The notes: generated by a model from the letters alone, not told the origin. A stretch of 64,000 nucleotides of DNA from Vitrella brassicaformis CCMP3155 (GCA_001179505.1 CDMY01000290.1:1-64000), one strand, 5' to 3'. Counted from the stretch's first letter, positions 36,401 to 48,100 are shown. Numbers and translations: made by a program.

Positions 36401-39400
36401 CCGTCGTTCTTGCTGCCCCACTTCGCTTGCCAGTACTGACCCTGCTCAGACCAGTAGACGCCTTTCACGTCTGAGTGATGGTGGGCCCTCTGAACGAAGG
36501 TCTTCTTCTTGCCCCGGGTGGCCCTGCGCCTCGGCTGTTCGTCGGGCGACGACAACTCACCACGTCCATCCACCTCGTTATCACCACCAGCGCCGCCCAC
36601 ATCCGCCTCTCTGCCCTTATGTGCCGGACCCATGGAGGCCGTACCACTACTCGTGCCTTTGTCGGCGTCATGCTTGTCCGTCGGCTGTGGGTGCAGCTTG
36701 ATGCGCCGCACGTCGACCACGATTGCACCGTCGCCAGCCGTGGCGTTGCGGTGGTGCGCCGCTTGGGCGAAGGCACGCAGGATGAGCCGCGATGAGGTCA
36801 CGTCAGACACACTGAAGACACGCTCGTCGTGCCTGGCCTCCCCGTCTTGTCGGTAAGCCACAAAGCTGGCCTCCTCGCCGCGCCGCTCGAGACCAAGACT
36901 GAGTGAAGCACACATCAAGGAAAAGGATAATGAGTGGCCTATTCCATCCATCAGAGTGCATTCCTGCTGTCCACCTGTCGGCATCGCCTCGGTTTCCGTC
37001 CGCCAGCTGCCGCTTGGCCTGCTCCACCAGGCTGGCTGCCAGAGAATGGCCGCCCCCTTCACTCAGCCTCGCCGACACAATTCTTTCCTTCCCGCCACCC
37101 GACTGGCCACGACGGCGCTTGGCTCCCGGTCGATGTGGCAGCTGCTCGCCATCACGACGGCGATGTGCCTCCGATGTGGGTCGAACGGGAGGCGGCATGA
37201 TCTCATCCTGACTGTCCCTCCTGCTGCCCGGGCGATGGCTGGGCTCCCCACTCTCCAGACCAGACGGGTCGACCATCGGCCTCTTACTGACACGATGTGC
37301 GGACCGGCCTCTGCGACGGTGCCGATGCCGAGTATCGGATGACGCAAGGTCATTGCTGTCAAGTGTGTGGTCACTGGGGCCCTCAGACAGAGACGGGGGC
37401 GGCATGGGCTTGCGCCTCGCTCTGTTGCCACGGCGCGTCCGAGGTCGATTGCAGCCGTGGGGACCGATGTCATCGAGCCAGCTGATGTCCAGGGGTGCGG
37501 AGGCCTCTCCCTCACTAGCAGTGCTCAGACGGTTGAGCTGCTCGACGGCGCGGCGAAAAGCGTCAATGACGGCCGAACGGGAGCTGAGGTCGACCACCGG
37601 CACATCGAGAATGCGCTCAGCTGCACCCTTCCCGACAGAGGACGGCACACGGACACGGAAGCTGCCGTCCTGCCAACATAGCCCGCATGACCTGCCCGAA
37701 AGAAAGAGCCAACCCCCCACACACATCACACACGTTAATCTGGCCCTTCCTTGTCTTCCCTTGTCTTGTCTTACCCGTCGCTGCTGAGGACCTCGACGAG
37801 GGCAGCAGCCAGGTCGCCGCCCTCCATCCCACCCACACCTGAACCGCTGCTGGGGGGGCCGTGGCGGCGCGCCGAGTGAATCTCATCATCATCATCATTG
37901 TGGCGGCTGCGGGAACGGCTCTCTTCTCTCGTCGCCCCGCCCTCTGACGTGTGGCGCCGCTGCTCCATCTCCCGTCTGTGTGCGATGGCCGCCTGTTTGG
38001 CCTTCTCGTAGCCAAGCTGCTTGACGGAGAAGGACTTGCTTTTCCTACCGCCGCCCTCACGCCATTCGGCAATCCATGAGTTGCTGCTCTCGATGTACCT
38101 CACGCCCTTGACGCCGCTCTGGCCAGATCTCTGCTTGACTACTGCCCTCCCCGTACGCTCCATCTCAAGACGATGCTGCTCGGCCAACGCCTGATACACA
38201 CGGCACACATGAGAGAGATTGACGACCGCCGTTGGCGTCGCTGTTGTCAGTACCTTTGCTTTGTCGAAACCGTGATGTTTGACATAGAAGTACTTGCTCT
38301 TCATCTTGGGGTCCCCTCTCTCGTACCAAGTCGCCCTCCACGCCTTGTTCTTTTTCGCCCAGGAGACGCCACGGACGTCTGACTGGTACCTGCCCTCGCT
38401 GGCGTCGGGCGTCGGTGCTCCGTCGTGGGCTGGGGGGCAGCTGCCGAGCGGATGTGTGTGGCGCGTCTTCGGCGATGGGCTGCGATCGACGGCTGACTCC
38501 TCATCGGCGGGCCCCGCCGACGGGGTGACTCTCTCCCCGCACACAGTGGACTGACGCCGATGACCATGGCGACGTTTGGCCGACAGACCTGGAGAAAACA
38601 ATACAGACAGCCACAACTGCTGGGTGAGTGACACGCACAGGGTGGGTACCTTTGTGACGGCGTGGCTCGTTGTGAGGTGGCTCAGCCACCCCACCACCAG
38701 CAGCAGCAGGGGGCATACACGAGGGGCCGGGGGCACCGATGGGTAGCGCGTCGGTGGCGCGGCCAGGAGCGCCGCTCGACTCTGCACACACGAAAAGACA
38801 GCAGCACGCACACAATGATATGCATCAAAGTCCCCCAGCCTCCTGTCATCCCGACCATGTAATGGCCTGCCTCTGCGGCCCTTGGGCTCAACGCGGGGCG
38901 GCATGGGGTCACGCTTGTCAAGTGGCGGCGGCATGGACCTGTGGCGCTCGAGAGGTGAATTGCCATCCACTGCTGCCCCTCGCTGCGCCTCCTCGAGCCA
39001 CGAGAGGTCGATGAGCACCGCCTGGTCGCCCAGACGCGAGCTGTGCAGGGCGTTGCGATACTCGACGGCTTGGCGGAAGGCCGTGAAGATGGCCTCACGG
39101 GAAGTGACGTCCTCACCAACACCGAACTGACGAAGATCCACAGCGGCTGCAGCCTGGCTGTCCCAGAAGTAGCCCTCGAATACACAGGTTGCCCGCCATG
39201 AGACGCCGACACTAACACACACACATATCCAGAGACGAGTCGCTTATGACATCCGGCCGTTCATTGTCGCTGCGAGTCGTCCTCCCTCGCTTACCCTCCG
39301 TTGTTGAGGCAGAGTGAGTGGACATTTGGCTGCTCCTGACGCAGCCGCCGCATCAGTCCACGACCCAAAGCGTCGCCCGTCAGCCCGCCCAGATCGTAGC

Positions 39401-39978
39401 GGTCAGACGAAGGCGAGAGGCCGCCATCCTCCTCGTCCATCCGCCGCTGCTTGTTGCCTGGGCTGCCGGTGCGGCCCTCGAGTGAGCCACTGCTGTCGCT
39501 GCCGCTCGACGGAGGCGCCCCTCTCTCGAATGGGGAGTGCCGCTGCTCCATCAAGGCCCGTTTGTGCCGGGTGGCGGTATCCGTAACAGCCTCGTAGCCC
39601 AGCCTGGTGTGCTGCCGATTGGTCTTCTGAAGCTGTTTGATGAATCGACTGGCGGCCTCCTTGATGTCCTCGCCGTCACGCTGCCCCACCATGGCCGGCA
39701 GCTCGTGACGCACAAACGAGTCGATGGACGCAAAGCTCAGAGAGGGGACGGCCGCCAGCATCGCCCCAATGTTGTGACCCACTTGACCATACTCGCGACA
39801 GAGGACCATCCGCTGGGCGTGTGTCATGGGCTGCTGGTCCTCAGTGCCGTCCATGTCCATCTCCTGCTGGCGGCATGCCCAAGCGGCATCGATGGCCGCC
39901 CCCATGGCCTCCCTGGTGGCCGCTGAGAGGGGCACCGACTGCACTGGGGTGCCGGGCAGGACCACCTCCACGGCCAGC
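33457..39978 (-). CDS. Central part of an intact multi-domain ApiAP2 protein: 6 canonical AP2, 4 degenerate AP2-like modules, PHD finger, 2 AP2-like+SANT-like modules (5' end in gap)
   Basis: All exon junctions I traced are GT-AG and phase-compatible, with no stops or frameshifts. AP2s at about 38380-38160, 38125-37960, 36480-36250, 36210-36050, 34680-34440 and 34400-34190. Confidence 0.85.
35388..35522 (-). other. PHD finger (C4HC3) inside the AP2 gene
   Basis: CLKCGKGDDEQLLLLCDNGGCSAAYHTYCVQLTAVPKGKWFCPEC. Confidence 0.95.
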
Positions 39979-40278
39979 NNNNNNNNNNNNNNNNNNNNNN
40001 NNNNNNNNNNNNNNNNNNNNNNNNNNNNNNNNNNNNNNNNNNNNNNNNNNNNNNNNNNNNNNNNNNNNNNNNNNNNNNNNNNNNNNNNNNNNNNNNNNNN
40101 NNNNNNNNNNNNNNNNNNNNNNNNNNNNNNNNNNNNNNNNNNNNNNNNNNNNNNNNNNNNNNNNNNNNNNNNNNNNNNNNNNNNNNNNNNNNNNNNNNNN
40201 NNNNNNNNNNNNNNNNNNNNNNNNNNNNNNNNNNNNNNNNNNNNNNNNNNNNNNNNNNNNNNNNNNNNNNNNNNNNNN
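39979..40278. other. Assembly gap (300 N)
   Basis: N run. Confidence 0.98.
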
Positions 40279-42677
40279 CGCCCTCCATCACTCCCACACC
40301 TGGCCTGCTGCTGGGGGGGCCGTGGCGGCGCGCCGAGTGAATCGCACCATCATCATTGGGGGGGCTGCAGGAACGGCTCTCATCTCTCGTCGCCCCGCCC
40401 TCTGAAGTGTGGCGCCGCTGCTCCATCTTCTGTCTGTGTGCGATGGCCGCCTGTTTGGCCTCCTCGTAGCCGAGCTGCTTGACGGAGAAGGACTTGGTCT
40501 TCTTCCTGCCGCCCTTACGCCATTCGGCCACCCAGCTCTTGTTTGGTCCGTTGTAGCTGACGCCGCTGACGCCGCTCTGGTGCTTCGAACGCTTCTTCAC
40601 AACTGCCAATCGCTCCATCTCCCGTCTGTGCGCGATGGCGGCGTCTTTGGCCTCCTCAAATCCAAGCTCCTTGACGCAGAAGGACTTGCGCTTCCTTCTC
40701 CTGCCCTCATGCCAGGTGGCAATCCAGTAGCCGCCGTTCTTGTTGTCGAAGGACACGCCCCGCACGCCGCTCTGGCTGGCTGACATGAGACCTGAGAAGG
40801 CAACGCAGGGCGGATACGATGAGTGTGTGTCGATCGACGATTCGGCTGATATGGTTGTCACCTGCAGGTACGTACCTTTGTCGTCGGGTGGCTCATCGAG
40901 AGGTGGGTCGGCTGACCCACTGCCACCACCACCACCAGCAGCAGCGAGGGTCACGGACGAGGGACCGGGGGCACCGGCGGGCGGTGAATCATTGACGGGG
41001 GAAGGGACGCCAATCAACCCTGCACACATGGAAAGACGAACACACACACAACGATGCGCATCAAAGTCCCCCAGTCTCCCTTGTTTCCCCTCTCCAGTCT
41101 CTTACCTGCAGCAGGTTGTTTCCACTGTGTGACGGTCCGCTCGACGCCATCGATGACATCCGACACACTCTCGAAGCGATCGTCACTGTCTGCCGTGCCG
41201 TTGTGGACGGCCACCAGCAGGTCGCTGAGCATGCTCATGTCCCAACCCCTCCCTATGTGGTCACGAGTGACGTCAGCCCGCACGCACACCGGCGGCCGGT
41301 CGGTCCCTCCCCCCTCCCCGCGCCAGGCTGTCACCATAAAGCGTTTTCCGTCCCCCTCGTCGGCCACTCTGAACGCAAAAGCCTCGTACTCAGGCTGGTG
41401 CTCGAGGTGGCCAGGGGTGCACTTCTTGCGCAGCACTCCCAGAAGAAGCTTCGGTTGGCGGCTTGATGTCCGCTGTCTGTTGCCGGCAGGTGGCGGAGTC
41501 CCCTCGCGTGACGGTGTGCTGCCGTGTGGTGCTCCTGGTGCTGGTGGATCTGGGTGCTGTGCGGCGGGGGCGCCTGTCGTGATCTGCGTTGGCCCTTGCT
41601 CAGGCACCCGCTCGGCCCGGTCGGGTTGGTGTGAGTCATCGACGACCGTCTCCCAGCCGGGCAGCAGCTGGTATTGGTGGGCCTCGCCCTTCGGGCCCCA
41701 GATGTCACGCACAAACTGATGGACGCACACACACATCCACAGAGACAGACATTCACATTGGCGGGGGGAATGGGGGGACGTGTGTGTGTGTACGCCTACC
41801 TGTTCGCGGTCTTCGCAGGCGGCCTTGAAGGCGGATCTGACTGACTGGAACTGATCGAAGTTGCGAGTGGGTCCCCAGAGGGCGCCGACGCTTGGGTGGT
41901 AGAGCTGGGCGCGGACGCCCTTGCCCTTCACTATCTGCAGGCCCAGGGGTGCCGGCCTGCCGTTGGGCTTCTTGGGCAGATACTCCTTCGGTGACCTACC
42001 CACACACAGACGAAATTGGCCTGTTGTGTGTAGGCAGGTACTCTCTCTCCCCCTTCCTCTCCCTCTCCCTGACTCACGTGTTTGCCCTCCTCCTTGGGCG
42101 ACATGTGGGTGTCTGGGTTGAGGGCCTGGTGGTCCTCCGCAGCACCGCCACGACTACCAGCCTGACCCCTCGCCTCATGCCCCGCCGCAGCCAAGTCGTG
42201 GTCGTGCTCGGGCGTGTACTCATCCTGTTCCTGAGCCTCTACCTCTCCCGCCGACCGCCGGCCGCGGCCCCGACCGGTCCTCTGCCGCTTGCCACCGCGG
42301 TTGAGTAGCAGGTCATGGCCGGCAGGAGGGGGCTGATCACCCTGCTGCCACTGTGGGTGTGGGTGTGGGTGTGGGTGTGCGGGGATGGGGTTGACGACGG
42401 CCGCCAGCAATGCAGACAGGCCAGTAGTCGATGAGGCCGGCTGCGTTGCTGCCATGTCACCTGCTCCGAGATCGGTTTGGATCACCGCTGCACCCCTGGC
42501 TGATGCACGACACTGAGGGCCCGAATGAGCCGGCGGAGTAGGGACAGATGAATGGCCTCCCTGGCGCGCTTCTGTTGATGGAGCGGCCGCCTCGCCCGCC
42601 TGCATAGCTGGAGCCCGAGAGCCCTCCTCGGCTGCTGATGGTGAGGCGCCAGGGGGATGGATCTGCTCACTCGCCAT
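40279..42677 (-). CDS. 5' part of a multi-AP2 paralog (degenerate AT-hook, KEYLPKKPNG domain, TADSDDRF domain, 2 canonical AP2); exon 2 start possibly frameshifted
   Basis: ATG 42677 (MASEQIHP). Homologous to 7167-3700. Tandem AP2 at about 40780-40420. An 8-nt deletion near 41989 relative to 6540-6550 breaks phase unless the AAG acceptor just downstream is used. Confidence 0.7.
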
Positions 42678-42909
42678 CGTCGCTTCTGCTGCTGCCGTCA
42701 CGTCGGCTTGCTCATGGGCTCTCCCTGGCGGCTGTCAGACGCACAGATGACGTGCGATGACGTGGATGAAGCGTTAGACGCTGACCATGACACAGCACCG
42801 GACAGCAAAATCGCCAGATCTCGGCTCAATGAAGGGAGGCCGCTGACATGGTAGTCAATTCCACTCGAACACGTGGTATTCCTGTGAATCCTCACTGCGA
42901 GCTTGTGAT

Positions 42910-44690
42910 GGCGAGCAGAAAGATCTGCTCATGATTCACACGTGCAGAAGGCCGCCTTCAGCAGGAGGGCTCGTGCAGAGAGGTCTGCCGTGGCAAAACA
43001 GCCCTCTTTCAGCTCCAGTAATGATGACGGCGATGGACGAGAGGCGGCAGAGTGTCCAGGGGCGCTCACTGCTGACAGCCAAGGGCCACAACCCCGCCAT
43101 CCCCTCACGTGGTAGGCGTCGACACTCGTGGGCAGACAGATCACAGCCAAGCTCATCTGATTCATGAATCAATCTCATGGAAGGATGTGTGTGAGTGTGT
43201 GTCTGATTTGTTTGTCATGCAGAAGCGCATCTACCAGATGGACGGCACGGCGCTGCGTCGTTCGATCCAGGAGACCACTCGGCGTCACTACCGCCACCGG
43301 GAGGTGTGGGAGGCTTACATGTACCGGGCGGCGGTGCTGCGGTCGCAGATGAAGGTGGCCGACGCCACACTGATCATCCACTGCTTCGCCACCGTGGGCA
43401 AAAGGGTCGACTCATTCCTCGACTACATGCTCGACGTGGACAGCCACACACATACAAACACACCGCTACAAAGGAGAATCTGTCTGTGTCTGTCTGGTGT
43501 GGTTGGACTGTGCAGGGCCTGCGAGGGCGGCTGCACAATTTCCGGCTGGGCCACCTGGCGCTGCTGTTGGTGAGTGTGTGCAAGCTGAGGAGAGAGGACA
43601 AGTTCCTCGTCGAAGCCGCCCTGCCGGTCATCTACAAGAAACTGACGGCACAAGCGCCGCCGAAGGTGAGATGGCAAGAAGGAGGATCCTGTCGTCACTT
43701 TTTCCTTATGCCTGCCTGCCTGTCTGCCTGTCTGTCCTTGACGCACAGGACATAGCGGTCCTCGCCCATGCGTACGTGCGGATCGACGGGCCGAGCCGAC
43801 AAGCGGTGCTCGACAGGGTGGCTGCAGCTATCGCCCCACGGATAAGGAAGCTCGAGAACCCCTTGACCCTAAGCCTGCTGCTCCATGCCTTCACCTTCCC
43901 CCCACCACACATGGTGCCCTTCACCAAGAGAGCCTCATTCCTCCCCAGCAACAAGAGAGACGACAGCGGCGGTGCGCCGGCCGGCCCCTCAGCTACAGAG
44001 GCAGAGACTCCGGAGGCGGCCGTCTTGCGCGACGCTGCATCAGCATCAGAGCCCATCCGGTTCGCCAAGGGCGGTTCTGACGAGAGTGAGGCTGGCGATG
44101 GTCTGCCGCACCGAGCGCTCATCCAGTTGCTGCTGGACCAGGCGTCCAAGCACCTGCACAAGTTCCGGTCCACCGACCTGATGTTCCTCTTCCTCTCCAT
44201 GCAGCAGATCTTCCGACGCGACAAACCACCGCCACCACCAGCAGCAGCAGCAGCCGAGGGGGCGGAGGACCACCCCCAGCCTGGTGAGGAGGAGTGGGAG
44301 GAGGCCGCTGATGACGACGAGCGGAGAGCCCTGAGGAAGGTCTATGGCCGGCATTTGGGCAAGAAGAAGAAACCGTCGCCCCTAGACACCGGCACCGGGA
44401 TGGTCCCCTTCCTGCTGCTGCGGCAGGTGACGCGTCAACTGCAGAACGTGCTGTTCGAGCTGCGCGGCCCTGAGTTCATCAAGCTGCTCAGCACCTTCCC
44501 AGACATCCCACCCACGGCCATCGACAGTGCCGTTAAGGCCAGAGTGCTGGAGGAGCTCAGATACCGGGTGGCCGATTTGGTGGGGCAGCAATCGTATGGT
44601 GGGAGGGATGTGTGCATAGATGTGTGTGAATATGGATGCATGGGATGGGATGGGATGCCACTTGTACAGACATACGTGGACGCATGAGTG
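42910..44690 (+). CDS. Helical-repeat organellar RNA-binding protein, heptatricopeptide repeat (HPR)-like; ends uncertain
   Basis: After splicing, consecutive 37-aa helical units: MKVADATLIIHCFATVGKRVDSFLDYMLD|GLRGRLHN / FRLGHLALLLVSVCKLRREDKFLVEAALPVIYKKLTA / QAPPK|DIAVLAHAYVRID. Confidence 0.65.
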
Positions 44691-45165
44691 ACTCCTTCAA
44701 CATTAATCTCGTGATCACATTCGCATCAAGTCGCAGTGAGGTTTACAACGAAGGAAAAGGCATGCACACGCACACGCTCACGCAAATGAACGCACTGCAA
44801 TGCCATGCAATGCCATGCGATGGACTAAGCATAATCTAAGCACATTTCGCCCGACTGACCGACACACACACACACACACACACAGACAGACAGAGAGACC
44901 CTGTAGCACAGTGGATCAATGAATGTGTGATTGCACCGCACATTCGCTAACTCATCATCTCATCATACCGGAGCACTGAAAAAGAGGCGGCAAAAAGCCC
45001 TATCTATCTATCTATATCTCCAATCCATCAACCAACCAACCAATGGACTCACTCACGTCGACACGCCCTACCCCTCTGTCTCACCTCCCTCAATACGCAC
45101 ATCCATCCATCCATCCATCCACCAACCAACCCGGCCACCCCACCCCGTCCACCACTCACCCTCAG

Positions 45166-48100
45166 TCACGTCTCGGCAGCAGCCTGCCCCTCCCCCTTCA
45201 TCCATGCCACCAACACCACAATCATCGCCCTGGTGTCCAAGCTTACCATCTGATCCCCATCGCCCAGCTGAATGCGATCAGACCTGTCCCTCAGCCGATT
45301 GGTCATATCCACCTTGAACGGCAGGAAGGTAGCGATGGTGTTGCGCACATACACGGCCAGGTGCAGCTTCTCGATGGATGCGGGGCTGAAGCGGTGCACC
45401 AGCTCGCCCGCGCCTTGTGCGACGCCGAAGAACCGCTCGAGCAGTGGGTGAGGGAGGGGGAATCTGAGTGTGATGGCCTGTGGCTGGCCGGTCTTCTTGT
45501 CGTGGTCGATGGAGATGTATGTGTCCTGGTCGTCCTCGGCCAGTCGGTCAAAGGCCGATGCCAGGGCGTCAGAGGGGTCGGTGACACCCGACGCGCGTGG
45601 TGTTGCAGCTAGGGGAAAGGGCTGTGCAGGCGCGTAGCCCCTGCACACATGGACACACCACACCACACCATACTGACTCATCCGTTGGATGGGTGAATCG
45701 ATGCGTGCATGCTTACAGGCGGATGAGCTTGTCGACGATGGTGCGGAGGGGCGCCAGGAGACCTAAAGCGGCCTTTTCGTCCTCTGCATCCACACACACA
45801 CACACATGAACCAGGGCATGCAATGTCTGCGTGTGCCTGTGCATACGCATACCGGAATCGCCGAGAGTGTCCAGAAGATAGTTTGCGTATGCGATGCAGT
45901 AGCTGAGCTCATCTTTGAGCCGATGCCACTCGGTCCGCAGCCTGTGCTTCGGCACACCAGCCTCCCTCTCCAGACGCTCGGCACACAACTTGCTGCATGG
46001 GCGGGCACAGAAACACTCATAAGCTACCACATTGCAGTGGTAGAGTGCCGCTTAGCCTACATGATGGCCTGGCTGTGCTGTTGGTCGCGTCGGTCCTTGA
46101 ATGCCCCGGGCACACGCCCCTGTTCGATGTCCTTGAAGCCTGACACAGCCCACTTGTCGAAGTAATCCATCAAGCAAAGGTGCACGCAGTCGACTGCACA
46201 CAGCAGACACATGGACACGCACCGGACCGTGGGTGTCTGTCTGGACGCAACACTCATGCCTGTCTGTCTGGCGTACGTACTTGGTATGCCTTGCAGGGTT
46301 TTCCTGTGTCGCAGGTTCTGCACAAGCAGGAATCGGTGCTCTCGCGTCTTCTTGTCGGCGAGGAACCCCAGCAGCATCTCGTTGGCCTTGGTGCGGTCGG
46401 CAGGCAGTGCACCCGTCATCAACTCCACCATGCCGATCTGCACACACAGCAGACAGAGCCCAGCAGCCCAGTCCCGAGGGAATGTCTCCCTTCATCCCTG
46501 CCTTTCTTCCCATCTCACTCACCCGTATGCCGACGTGTTTGCGTATGGCCTTCTCGACAGCAAATGCGATGGCCTGCAGGCACTCTGCCGTCATGTCTGC
46601 ATCTCCGCGCTTCCTCCGCAGCTTGATGATGACGGCCACGTGCAGGCAGTCGATGCGTGGCGTGTCCTTGGACGTCCCCAGGTGCCGGTTGTCGCTCTCG
46701 TCGAGCGTCACCGCACACACGCCGGCCGCAGACACAGGATCCTTCGACCAGGGCACTCGTAGGTCGACGTCCTTGACGGCCCTCACGATGTCGCAGTGGT
46801 AGGCGATGTGGCCGTTGCCGCCGTCGACGAGCTGGCGGGTGGAGCCGAGCAGGAAGAGCTGCCCGCCGTGCATGAAGCCGATGTCGGTGGTGCGGAGGTA
46901 GATGGGGGCCGACTCGCACCCCGAATGATCGATGATGGCCTGTCCGAAGGCGACATCGGTCTTGTGGTATTCGTCGCGGTAGTAACCCATGGCCAGACTA
47001 AGCACCAACAGACAACACACACACCACACGTGGCACGCACCATACATGCGGCCCGACCCCTGCCTGCTGCGATGGCGCTGCGCTGCATGGACTGACCTTC
47101 GGGAGTGGACGAATATGGGCCCGTGGCGTCCCTCCTGCACCTCTCGCATGGTGGTTTGGTCGACGATCTTGATGCCGGCGCCCTCCATGGGAAACCCACA
47201 CGACACCAGGGTGTGCTGGCGGTCACTGACACTCACTTGGCTGTCACCGTCGGCCGACGACGACTCAGAACCTGCCGTGAAGGTGACCTCGCTGATGGCC
47301 ACCGGGCTGCCAGTGCTGCTGCTGGGGCTCTCCGCCGCTGAGACGCCGATGTCCTCACGCAACTGACGCACGCAACACACACGGGGACACACCTGATACA
47401 TGTGACTGGTCGTGTGGTGTCGTGTGTGTCGTGTCTTGTTTTGTGTGTTGTGCCCACCCTACCACGTGTATGCGCCCCTCTTTGGCCAGCGCCAGCTTGT
47501 CGATGGTCAGCACAGGCAGGGCGTGGCTGGGCCCACCAGCCTGACGCTTGCCTGTGACGAAGCCGAAACACTCGGGCACGCCATACGACCGCACGAAACA
47601 ACGCATCGCCTGCACCAAGCAAAACACAACCATGCATGCCACCCACACACGCTGGTCAGTGTGTGCATGTGCCGTACGTACCTTGACGAAGCTGTGGATG
47701 TCATCTAGCTGGTCTTCGCTGCGAATGTTGGGAGGTGTCTGTCCCGCCCAGAGGCCCCCCTGCTCCATGGGGAACAGGGGCGTCTCGACGCCTGTGTGGT
47801 CGGTGTCGTTGACGACATTTATGAGCCGCATGTCGCTGAAGGCGAGGGTGCTGCCCACTGAGGCCGTTATGCTCCCAGTCCGCACTTTGAGCCAATCCTC
47901 CACGTATGTCACACAACGGAGAGAGAGAGACCAGGGGGCGGGGAGAAGTCCCTGTGGCAGTGTCGTGTGCGTGTGTTCGTTTCTACGTACCAGTACTGGG
48001 ACGTCGTGGAATCTGAGCGGCGACACGGCATACACCTGCCACAGACAGACAGAAAGAGAGAGACAAACACCACACACACACGTGCACAAACATACATACA

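Noticed and set aside
750-40500. Numerous plus-strand ORFs over the AP2 genes (e.g. 750-1358, 28862-29623)
   Set aside because: They are antisense shadows of GC-rich coding sequence. They recur only because the sense modules are duplicated.
346-42850. The AP2 repeats as a transposon or AP2-integrase/HNH mobile element
   Set aside because: I saw no transposase, tyrosine recombinase, HNH or RT motifs, terminal inverted repeats or target-site duplications. The copies are intron-rich and fit segmental or tandem duplication.
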